Source: Ilumatobacteraceae bacterium
GTDB lineage: Bacteria > Actinomycetota > Acidimicrobiia > Acidimicrobiales > Ilumatobacteraceae
Reading direction: 5' to 3'
Assembly (NCBI GenBank): GCA_963728355.1
Contig: CAVSJQ010000014.1
Coordinates: 11,953-75,952 of the forward strand
DNA length: 64,000 nucleotides
Position 1 is the first letter of the stretch, and each line of letters begins with the position of its first letter. The notes beneath the pieces are model-generated. The model ran no database searches and was not told the origin of the DNA. It saw only the letters and a list, made by a program, of their open reading frames with translations. Position numbers and translations under genes: made by a program. Positions 18,254-26,592 of this stretch are shown piece by piece.

Positions 18254-19272
18254 TTGACCGTGACCTCGGCCAGCTTCGTCGTGTCGTTGCCGAAGATGTC
18301 GATGATCTTGACGACGATGGTGTGCCGCCCGGCCTCCTCGTAGTCGTGCGGGTCGCTCTCCCGTGCCAGCTTCGGCTCCTCGCGAGTCCGGTAGGCCTGC
18401 CACTGGTTGTGGAAGGTGTCGTCGGTGTAGTTGAAGTCGACCGACCAGTAGTCGATCAGGTCCGACCAGCTCTCGATCCGCTCACGCACCTCGTGCGGAA
18501 TCAACTCCTCGCTGGGGATCGCAAAGTCCTTCAGCACGACCGACACCTCGCGCTTGCTGCGCTTCACGTCGAGATCGACGTGGGCCAGCTCGAAGAACCG
18601 CACCGCATCCGCGTCGCGGACGCCCGGCTCGATGATCTCGCGGGGAATCTGCAACGGCCGCAAATCGAGCCCCCGACGCCGGGCGGTCTCGCTGATCGTG
18701 TCGTGCAGCCCCATCTCCCACTCCCAGCCCAGCACGTCGCAGGACTCGATTCCGTTGTCAGCCATCTCGTCCATGACTTCCTCAAGCTCATCGATCGTCA
18801 CCGGCGCGTCCGTCGCTCCCACGTGGATCATCCGACCGGCCTTTTGACCGTGCAAGTTCGTGAATCCCTCCACCGGCTCCGCCCTGTAGAAGGAGAGGAT
18901 CGTGTCCAGATAATCGGTCAGGCGACCGTTCCCTGACTCTCGCTGCCAGCGCTGGCGCTCGTACGCACCAAGGTTCCTGATCTCGAACGGCTTGCAGTCA
19001 GTGATATCGAGAAGCCGCTTGCGCGTAGTGTGAATTGCGAAGCGACCGAGGTCGCAACCTATCCACTGACGGCCGTGCTTCTCAGCTGCAACGAGGGTCG
19101 TGCCCGAGCCGCAGAAGAAGTCAGCCACAAGATCACCCGGCCTGCTACTTGCATTGATTACTCGCGCAAGCAGCTCCTCTGGCTTCTGGGTTGGATATCC
19201 CGTGCGCTCCCGATCAGCCGCTTGGAGGTTGCCGATGTCATCCCAGAGCGATTGGACCGGGACCCCCTTTCC
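18250..19272 (-). pseudogene. mod: Type III Mod DNA methyltransferase, C-terminal fragment (IS-disrupted)
   Basis: Contains the AdoMet motif DFFCGSGTTLVAAEK. The true coding sequence begins at the junction GKGVPVQSLWDD. Confidence 0.85.
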
Positions 19273-20655
19273 GGCTCTCCTGACGTTTCCGTGGGTGAAG
19301 TAGGGCGCTGAGAAGAAGCGCACGCCGCTCCGCGCCTAGGTTTCCGGTTTCTCGAAGACTGGAAACGAAGGGAGCGGCAACGACGTGCGCGAGAAAAGGG
19401 TATGGGCACGCCTGCTCGGCTTGGAGCGGGCGGTCGTCGAAAGCGTGGAGATCGACGACAAAGGGCAGGTGGTGGTGGCGGTCCGGCCGCACCATCGGGA
19501 GCGTGATCGCTGCGGTGTCTGCGGGCGGAGCGCCCCCGGCTTCGACCTCGGCGAGGGGCGGCGGCGCTGGCGGGCGCTCGACCTCGGCACGACGATCGCC
19601 CACCTGGAGGCCGACGCGCCGAGGGTCGCCTGCACCGAGCACGGCGTCGTCGTCTGCGCCGTCCCCTGGGCGCGCCACGGCTCGCGCTTCACCCGCGCCT
19701 TTGAGCAGCAGGTCGCCTGGCTGGCGGTGAACACGTCGGGCAGCGCCGTCGCCGAGCTGATGCGGATCGCCTGGCGCAGCGTCGGGGCGATCTGCGAGCG
19801 GGTGGCGGAGGAAGCGGGCCGCGAAGCGGACCTCCTCGCCGGCCTGCGGCGGATCGGCATCGACGAGATCTCTCACCGCAAGGGCCACCGCTACCTGACC
19901 GTCGTCGTCGACCACGACAGCGGCCGCCTGATCTGGGCGGCGCCGGGGCGCGACAAGGCGACGGTCGAGGCGTTCTTCGACGCGCTCGGGGAGCAACGCG
20001 CAAAGCGCCTCAAGCTCGTCTCCTGCGACATGGCGGGCTGGATCGAGGCGGTGTTGGTGAAGCGCTGCCCGAAGGCCAAGCGCTGCGTCGATCCCTTCCA
20101 CGTGATCGCGCTCGCCACCGAAGCGCTCGACAAGGTTCGCCGCGAGGTCTGGAATGAGGCACGCCGCCAGGGGCAGACCGACGTCGCCCGCGAGTTGAAG
20201 GGGGCTCGCTACGCACTGTGGAAGAACCCCGAGAACCTGACGGGCCGCCAGCAGTCAAAGCTCGCCGACATCGAGAAGCTCAACCGGCCGCTCTACCGCG
20301 CCTACCTGCTGAAGGAGCAGCTGCGCCAGATCTACCGGCTGGGGCCGAGGGCGGCGATCCGCCTGCTGGATGAGTGGATCTCCTGGGCTCGGCGCTGCCA
20401 CCTGAGGCCCTTCGTCAAGCTCGCCCGCACCATCACCGAGCAGCGCGACGGGATCGTCGCGGCCATCCGGCACGGCCTCTCCAACGCCCGCGTGGAGGCG
20501 ATCAACACACAGATCCGGCTGATCGCCCGCCGCGCCTTCGGCTTTCACTCGCCTCAGGCGCTTATCTCCCTGGCGATGCTGAAGCTCGGCGGGTTGTGCC
20601 CGCCGCTCCCCGGCCGAGTCACCGTTACGTGACCCACGGAAACGTCAGGAGAGCC
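19273..20655 (+). mobile_element. ISL3-family insertion sequence (1383 bp) inserted in mod
   Basis: Perfect 24-bp terminal inverted repeats GGCTCTCCTGACGTTTCCGTGGGT. 8-bp direct repeat CCCTTTCC at 19265-19272 and 20656-20663. Single transposase ORF. Confidence 0.9.
19385..20632 (+). CDS. ISL3-family transposase
   Basis: 415 aa. N-terminal zinc-finger-like CGVCG...CTEHG. Typical ISL3 core (IDEISHRKGHRYLTVVVD...). Appears intact. Confidence 0.85.
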   Translation: MREKRVWARLLGLERAVVESVEIDDKGQVVVAVRPHHRERDRCGVCGRSAPGFDLGEGRRRWRALDLGTTIAHLEADAPRVACTEHGVVVCAVPWARHGSRFTRAFEQQVAWLAVNTSGSAVAELMRIAWRSVGAICERVAEEAGREADLLAGLRRIGIDEISHRKGHRYLTVVVDHDSGRLIWAAPGRDKATVEAFFDALGEQRAKRLKLVSCDMAGWIEAVLVKRCPKAKRCVDPFHVIALATEALDKVRREVWNEARRQGQTDVARELKGARYALWKNPENLTGRQQSKLADIEKLNRPLYRAYLLKEQLRQIYRLGPRAAIRLLDEWISWARRCHLRPFVKLARTITEQRDGIVAAIRHGLSNARVEAINTQIRLIARRAFGFHSPQALISLAMLKLGGLCPPLPGRVTVT

Positions 20656-21560
20656 CCCTTTCCTTCGTCAAGGTAGTACTTGCGGTGAGGGACGGATCCC
20701 GGTTTCGTTTGAACGACTTGGCCTTCGGCTAGAAGGCGTTCCATCGTGTCTTGGGAATAGCGCCAGTACCTGGTCACGCCCAATACCTCATAGCGGGGAT
20801 TGCCCTTCGCGGCTCCACCAGGGCCGATCATGCTGACCAGACGGTATCGACGGCCCGTGTCTTGCTCGACGTGCCGGTATGCAGTGTCGATGTACTCCTG
20901 GGTGTACTCGGTGAACGGTTGATCGAACTGGTAATTCTCCGACTTAGTAAAGAAGAAGATGGACTCGGTCGCAGGCCCCCATGCTTTGGCGCCCTGACCA
21001 AAATTGCCCTTTACAGTCGTTGCCCGTTTCCACACGATCTCGCCCCTAAAGTGCTCGCGAGAAAAGACCTCATCAAGGGCGAGCTTTACCGCGTGACTAA
21101 CCTCTGGACCGACATGGACATAAAGCGAACCCGTATCCGCCAGCAAGTCGTGAATGAGAGTGAAGCGCTCGAAAAGCATCGATAGATATGAGTCCAACCC
21201 CTTGTGCCAGGTGTCGCGATACGCATGCTCCTCAAGAATGGAGGGCTGCTTTTCGACCGCTTCCTCGCCGATGGTCACTTTGTGGCTAAAGTCCGCCCCG
21301 GTAGCAAACGGCGGGTCGATATAGACCAGATCGATCTTGCCGGCGTAGTCCTTGAGCAAGCTGCTCATCACCAGCTTGTTGTCGCCCCAGATCAGCTGAT
21401 TGGGAGGACGATCCGAATCGCTGTCCTGCCCAGCCAGCAGCGAGCCGCTGTCGCGATCACGCGTCGCTCTCGACTGGTTGATCGTCTCGACCGTCTGGAA
21501 CGGCAGGCTGAGCCGCTCAACCTCGGTCGGCTTCCCATCCCACTCCAGCCGCACGCTCAT
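20656..21560 (-). pseudogene. mod: Type III Mod DNA methyltransferase, N-terminal fragment
   Basis: MSVRLEWDGKP...LPFQTVETI N-terminus and the catalytic motif VYIDPPFATG. Ends ...KYYLDEGKG at the IS junction. Confidence 0.85.
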
Positions 21561-21711
21561 CTCCTCCTGCTCCGTTTCGACCTCATCGAGGGAGCAAGCC
21601 TAGAGTTCCAGGCGGCGTCAGCGGTGCCGTGATCTCGGCCCCAGCACCAACGATCAGCGTCAGCGCGCCGACCGAGAGTCGCTCCGGCGCGCTTCCGACA
21701 GCAGGCGGCTC

Positions 21712-23739
21712 TCACACCCTCGCGTAGCGGTAGTGACCCCTGATATTCGAGGCAAGGTAGCTGCCAACCGAACCAGCGCCGATCAATGCCTCGTACTCGT
21801 GCTCGGGAACGTCAAAATACTGGTACACCGACCCAGAGAGGAACTCCACCTCCATCGTCGCCGTATCCGGGTCATATCCGACTCTCGCAACATTGCTTGA
21901 GCTAACCGGCTCACGTTCCATCGTCTTCCTTTCCTCGTGGATCCCTTGGCGTCTCCATGTCGCCACTAGCTCTGGCCAATTCTGGGGCTCTCGTTCCCGA
22001 TTCCAGCCGCCCGGACCCTTCGGCTCGTAGACAGGTGGGTCGCCGCTATCGGGACGCCGATCTTCTGGCAATTGGTCGACCCGCATTCGCATCGGCATAT
22101 GCACCGCCTCGCCGACGATGATCGCCTCGCCGGTTCGTAGCAGCGGCAGCGCATCGAGGAAGCCGCCGAAGTTGTCGCTAACCGTGCCCGTTACATGCGA
22201 GCGATCCAGGCTGTTTGCCAAGCGCAACGCAAAAAGGGTCCCGCACTGCGAGAGCACGGTCGCGTCGACCTCGGACGGGCGCTGGCTGACGACCATCGCA
22301 CCGATGCCGTACTTACGACCCTCTCGCACAATCCTCTGAACGGCGTCGGCGGCCGGTCCCTTGTCGCCGCTACGTATGTAGGCGTGTGCCTCCTCGAGGA
22401 CAACGAGCAGGGGTCTCTCACGACCTCCCTCGGCCAGACGCCGGCCCCAAAAAAGGGCGTCATAGACGACTCGCAGCAGTACTCCGATCAACGTCCGCAG
22501 AATGGTCGGCGGAACGCCCGAGAGATCTAGAATGCAGGCAGGCTGAGGGCCACCAAGCCACCCTTTGAGAAGGACATCGAGATCCTCTTCAACCTCTCCG
22601 TCCGTCGTCGCCGACCACGGCCCCGGCTTGAACAGAAACGCAAGTCGTGGGTCGCGCAGCCGGCTGGCGAGGGTCTCGAGCGGGCGGCGCAGGTTGAGTC
22701 GGGACGAACTCAGGAATATCTGCTTGTCGACCTGTGGCTCATAGCGCGGTTCGATCACCTTCAGCGCATCCCCTCGCTCCACGGCAATTCCCTTGTCGTC
22801 GGTGAGCAGCGCTTCGGTTGCCTCGCTTTGCCCCGACCCGGGCGCCGTGTGCGTCGCGTTCACCAGCTTGTGAAGTTGGAACCAGAGCTCGTGAATGCTG
22901 AACGGAACCGGTGAGTCGACCGTCAAGGTGCGAGGTGATACGCCGTCACGGGGCTTACGTTCCACTGCTTGGCGCTTGAGTTCGACGACCTTGTCCTGCA
23001 TCGCCGCTCGCTCGGTTCCGTCAAGATCTCCAGTCGTCAGCGGAAGCAGCTCGTTAAAGGTCATCGCCCAGTAGGGAACCTCCAGCGCGTTCTCGTCGGC
23101 GCCCACTGAGAACACCGTCGCCGCCTCTGGTAGCGCATTGGAGTACTCACCATGAATGTCAAAGACCAATATCCGTGAGGAAGGGAACCGCTCGCCGGCG
23201 ACGATCGCATCGAGCAGTCGCGCGACGGTATTCGACTTGCCGCTCCCAGTTGCCCCAACCACTGCACTGTGACGCGTGATCAACTTGTCAACGTTAACCA
23301 GCGCGGGGATCGTCTCAGCGTTGGCCAATCGGCCTACCTCGAGGCAATCGGGGGCGCTCTTCGAGCCGTAGAGAAGCTCCAGGTCTCGTTCGGCGAGTAG
23401 GTGTACCGGGTCGTCAATCGTGGGATGTTGAGCCAGTCCCCGCTGGAAAGGCTCTCCGCGACTGGCTTCGCCGACGAGTTGGACCGTCATCCAACGCCTG
23501 CCGAAAAGGTCCTCCTCCTGCAAATTCGCCGGAACCGCGCCGGCTCCGACTTGGGAGATGACGCCGTAGAGGTCCGTGTAGCCGACCGGAATGCGGACAA
23601 AGCTCCCAATCTGCCCAACGCGATAGGCGTGACCGTCGATCACCGAGATACCCGACACGGTGTCGGCGTCGAGGGTGACGCTAACGGTCGGCCCGCGCAC
23701 ATCCTCGACCAGGCCCAGTAGGGTCGGGTCAGGTCGCAT
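21712..23739 (-). CDS. HerA-like ATPase (SIR2-HerA partner) with C-terminal KTSC domain
   Basis: 675 aa. Walker A VVGATGSGKSNTV and Walker B LLVVLEEAHAYI. The last ~70 aa, PVSSSNVARVGYDPDTATMEVEFLSGSVYQYFDVPEHEYEALIGAGSVGSYLASNIRGHYRYARV, match the KTSC pattern. The start overlaps the SIR2 stop by 11 nt. Confidence 0.85.
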   Translation of the reverse strand: MRPDPTLLGLVEDVRGPTVSVTLDADTVSGISVIDGHAYRVGQIGSFVRIPVGYTDLYGVISQVGAGAVPANLQEEDLFGRRWMTVQLVGEASRGEPFQRGLAQHPTIDDPVHLLAERDLELLYGSKSAPDCLEVGRLANAETIPALVNVDKLITRHSAVVGATGSGKSNTVARLLDAIVAGERFPSSRILVFDIHGEYSNALPEAATVFSVGADENALEVPYWAMTFNELLPLTTGDLDGTERAAMQDKVVELKRQAVERKPRDGVSPRTLTVDSPVPFSIHELWFQLHKLVNATHTAPGSGQSEATEALLTDDKGIAVERGDALKVIEPRYEPQVDKQIFLSSSRLNLRRPLETLASRLRDPRLAFLFKPGPWSATTDGEVEEDLDVLLKGWLGGPQPACILDLSGVPPTILRTLIGVLLRVVYDALFWGRRLAEGGRERPLLVVLEEAHAYIRSGDKGPAADAVQRIVREGRKYGIGAMVVSQRPSEVDATVLSQCGTLFALRLANSLDRSHVTGTVSDNFGGFLDALPLLRTGEAIIVGEAVHMPMRMRVDQLPEDRRPDSGDPPVYEPKGPGGWNREREPQNWPELVATWRRQGIHEERKTMEREPVSSSNVARVGYDPDTATMEVEFLSGSVYQYFDVPEHEYEALIGAGSVGSYLASNIRGHYRYARV

Positions 23740-24916
23740 TCTCTGGCTCCCCCGAGCGGTGGCCGCTCATCTCCGCCAGCAGCTCGCCGAGCTTGCCGAA
23801 GTCTCCTAAATGAAGTTCTTCTGCCTCGCCATCCGCGTTCGGCGACCACGGTCCCCGCTGCGTACCGATAACCGCACCGTCCCTCGCGATGACACTCAGA
23901 TTCGGTCGCCGTTCGGCAAGCTCCACTGCTCGTTGATGTTCATCGAGTCCCCCGAAAAGCAGCGCAAATGCCGCCGCGGTGGGGTTTCCCTCAAGCTCTT
24001 GCATGAAAATATCCTCAAGGTGTTCATCGCTGAAGGAATATCCACAGATCACCAACACGCTCCGGCGCTTGCGCAGAAATCCGCGGAATTGGTCGATCAT
24101 CGCCAAGTAGGGCATCTTGCGACTCTCGTCGTACTTGAGGTGAGACGGATGAATCAGGGTCGGCGACTCGCGCTCGGCCGCAAAGGTGCGAAATACTCCG
24201 CCGTCAGGAGCGCGACGCCAATTGATCGAACCGTGGAGCTTCCAGAGCCGCAGCCAGCGCGCCGGAAGCTCGTCGCGATCCAATGCTGCGGCGTCGAAGA
24301 AGGGCCGGTTTGCACCCACGAAACCGTCGAAGTAAGGAACACCCACCCGCTCAAACGCCTGCTCGAAGAGAAGGTCGTAGTTCGTGGTGAACACCTCGAC
24401 CGGCGCGCTTCGCATGCCCGCGCTTGCCCAAGCTGCCAGGCTTCGATGTGGCGTCGGACCCTCGGGTAGCTCAACTTCAACCAACGAAGCAATCGAGGTG
24501 CTGATTGCGGTGTCGAGATCTTCTAGCTGTTTTGCGTCGAGTCCGTGAACTGGCCCAGCATCGGCTACGACTGCGAGGGCGCGAATCCGACTCAGGAGAT
24601 CCTCGATGTTTGGGTTCTGTCCGGAAAAGGTCTCCAGCAGAGCATCGAATGCGTCTTTTTCCTCCGAGCCTTCAATCTTCGCGCGAACGTGCGCGGTCAT
24701 ACCGGCGATGTCCGCGATCAGCGGCTCCCCGTCGACCTTGACCGATACACCGCATCCGGCGCTCAGAAAAAACCCCACGGGCGCCTTGTCTTGACGAAGG
24801 CACTGCTCGATGTAGCTCAGATGCTGTGTTGTGCGATGGTCACCCACGTTTGGCTGCGTCCCTTCCCTCGCGTTGCTCCAATGCATCGCCCAGCCACAGA
24901 GCGCAGCCTGGCGCAT
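23729..24916 (-). CDS. SIR2-family (SIR2_2) NAD-utilising effector
   Basis: 395 aa. FFLSAGCGVS (NAD-binding loop), TTNYDLLFEQAF and KLHGSINW motifs. The start could instead be the second ATG (MHWSNAR). Confidence 0.85.
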   Translation of the reverse strand: MRQAALCGWAMHWSNAREGTQPNVGDHRTTQHLSYIEQCLRQDKAPVGFFLSAGCGVSVKVDGEPLIADIAGMTAHVRAKIEGSEEKDAFDALLETFSGQNPNIEDLLSRIRALAVVADAGPVHGLDAKQLEDLDTAISTSIASLVEVELPEGPTPHRSLAAWASAGMRSAPVEVFTTNYDLLFEQAFERVGVPYFDGFVGANRPFFDAAALDRDELPARWLRLWKLHGSINWRRAPDGGVFRTFAAERESPTLIHPSHLKYDESRKMPYLAMIDQFRGFLRKRRSVLVICGYSFSDEHLEDIFMQELEGNPTAAAFALLFGGLDEHQRAVELAERRPNLSVIARDGAVIGTQRGPWSPNADGEAEELHLGDFGKLGELLAEMSGHRSGEPENAT

Positions 24917-24993
24917 CGACTTTCACGGCAGCGCAACGCTACCGACCCCACCAAGTTTGGCGACTGCACTGGACACGGCGTGATCGCCCTGGG

Positions 24994-26148
24994 TTAGGCC
25001 CCCTCGCTGAACGCCGCTGAAATGCGGCGGGCGGCGTCTTGGCGGGGCTTGAATTGGAGGTAGCGCTGGGTGGTTGCGAGGTCTTGGTGGCCCATCCACT
25101 CCATGACCTCGCGGGAGTCGGCGGTGCGGATCGCGTGGGAGCCGAAGGTGTGGCGGAGGTCGTGGAAGCGGAGCTGGCGAAGGCCGGCTTTCTTCAGCGC
25201 GGCCTTGTAGCGGTCGCGGAGCTTGTGGCCGGCGAGGTGGCCGCCCTGGGCACCGCAGAAGACGAGGTCGTCGTCTCCGGCGTGGTCCTTCCGCTTGCCC
25301 AGCTTGGCGAGCGCCTTCGCGGCCTCGTCGGCCATCGGCACGGTGCGCTCCTGGCCGCTCTTTGGCGTGTCGACGCGGCCGTTGGTAAAGCTCTGGCGGA
25401 CATGGATCGCGCTGTTGGCGAAGTCCACGTCGCGCCAGCGGAGCGCGAGCAGCTCGCCGAGGCGCAGGCCGGTGAAGGCGGCCGTGAGGTAGACCGTGCC
25501 GTCCTGCTCGGAGGCTGCGGCGCGGACCAGCGCCAGAACCTCCTCGCGGGAGAAGACGTCGATGTTGCCGCGCTTCGCATTCGGGCGGCGCTCGACGCCG
25601 GCGACCGGATTCGCGGGCAGCTTGTAGCGGCGCCGCGCCCAGACGAAGACGCCGTGCAGGACCGTCAGGTACTTGTTGACGGTCCGGTCCGAGAGCCCTT
25701 CCTCGACCAAGGCGTCGCGGAAGCCCTCGACCATCTCCTCGGTCACGTCCTCAAGGCGGAGCTTCGCCCCGAACCTCTCGCCGAAGATCTTCTTCATCCG
25801 GTCGACCATGTGCTCGTAGTCGATCTGGGTCGAGAGCTTGATCTTGCGGTCGCGCTTGTAGGCGAGCCACGCGCCGCAGGCGGCGTCGAAGGTCACGCCG
25901 GTCCTGACCATCCCCGGCAGCTCGCCGCGACGGGCTTTCGCGAGCGTGTCGTCCAGCCAGGCCCGGGCGCTCGCCTTCGTGTAGGTGCCGGGCGCCGGCT
26001 CGTGCTTGCGGTCGGACCAGTGCGGGCCGATCCGGCGCTGGACCTGGCGGCCGTCGGGCAGCCGGTACTTCGCATACCAGACGGCGCCGCGCCTGCCCTC
26101 GCGTTTGAAGACGTGGCCGCTGATCGCCCTTGTCGCTTGCCTTGCCAT
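24994..26148 (-). CDS. int: tyrosine-type site-specific integrase
   Basis: ATG 26148 chosen within ORF 24994-26220. Catalytic region HDLRHTFGSHAI...LATTQRYLQ. Lies next to the 3' end of tRNA-Glu. Confidence 0.9.
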   Translation of the reverse strand: MARQATRAISGHVFKREGRRGAVWYAKYRLPDGRQVQRRIGPHWSDRKHEPAPGTYTKASARAWLDDTLAKARRGELPGMVRTGVTFDAACGAWLAYKRDRKIKLSTQIDYEHMVDRMKKIFGERFGAKLRLEDVTEEMVEGFRDALVEEGLSDRTVNKYLTVLHGVFVWARRRYKLPANPVAGVERRPNAKRGNIDVFSREEVLALVRAAASEQDGTVYLTAAFTGLRLGELLALRWRDVDFANSAIHVRQSFTNGRVDTPKSGQERTVPMADEAAKALAKLGKRKDHAGDDDLVFCGAQGGHLAGHKLRDRYKAALKKAGLRQLRFHDLRHTFGSHAIRTADSREVMEWMGHQDLATTQRYLQFKPRQDAARRISAAFSEGA

Positions 26149-26195
26149 CTCGCTTTCCTTGTCGAGATCGAGGCGGCTTTGCATCGCTCGCCCGA

Positions 26196-26246
26196 AACTT
26201 TGTCCCAAGATTTCTAGCACGAACTCGGGACAAACTTTGGGACAAA
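26196..26246. promoter_or_regulatory. repeated GGGACAAA motifs (candidate integrase/Xis arm-type sites or int operator)
   Basis: AAACTTTGTCCC (26196-26206) is inverted relative to GGGACAAACTTT (26227-26238). A further direct GGGACAAA lies at 26239-26246. All sit between the int start and the tRNA. Confidence 0.3.
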
Positions 26247-26274
26247 GAGGGGAATCGCCCAGCGTCAGACCATC

Positions 26275-26296
26275 AAAAAACCCCGCTTTTGCGGGG
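26275..26296 (-). terminator. rho-independent terminator downstream of tRNA-Glu
   Basis: The minus strand reads CCCCGC-AAAA-GCGGGG followed by TTTTTT. Confidence 0.7.
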
Positions 26297-26307
26297 CTAT
26301 TGTCTGA

Positions 26308-26380
26308 TACCGCTACGGGGATTCGAACCCCGGTTTCCGGACTGAGAATCCGGCGTCCTAGTCCCCTAGACGATAGCGGC
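26308..26380 (-). tRNA. tRNA-Glu (anticodon CUC)
   Basis: Hand-folded cloverleaf. Acceptor GCCGCTA/TAGCGGT (G1-U72). Anticodon arm CCGGA-TTCTCAG-TCCGG. T arm CGGGG-TTCGAAT-CCCCG. 73 nt, CCA not encoded. Confidence 0.85.
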
Positions 26381-26473
26381 GAGGGATGAGCAGTCTAGCG
26401 AGCGCGGCGGCGAGGGGCGTGGCGTCGGTCACGCAGTGGCTTGAGGGCCCGGACCGGTAGATTGACGGGACTC

Positions 26474-26557
26474 GCGGCTGTGGCGGAACTGGTAGACGCG
26501 CACGGTTCAGGTCCGTGTGGGCTAGCGCCCGTGAAGGTTCGACTCCTTTCAGCCGCA
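26474..26557 (+). tRNA. tRNA-Leu (anticodon CAG)
   Basis: Acceptor GCGGCTG/CAGCCGC. Anticodon arm CACGG-TTCAGGT-CCGTG. Long variable arm. T loop TTCGACT. 84 nt. Confidence 0.9.
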
Positions 26558-26592
26558 CTCGGCGCCGGCGGACGGCCGGCGCCGGATGGCAT

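Noticed and set aside
21561-21711. Spacer between HerA and mod, considered as a possible ncRNA or regulatory element
   Set aside because: I could see no convincing repeats, hairpins or promoter boxes.
1-26307. Second att site (a direct repeat of the tRNA-Glu 3' end) inside the window
   Set aside because: I did not see one in the intergenic regions I scanned by eye. The element probably extends beyond the left edge. This needs a computational repeat search.
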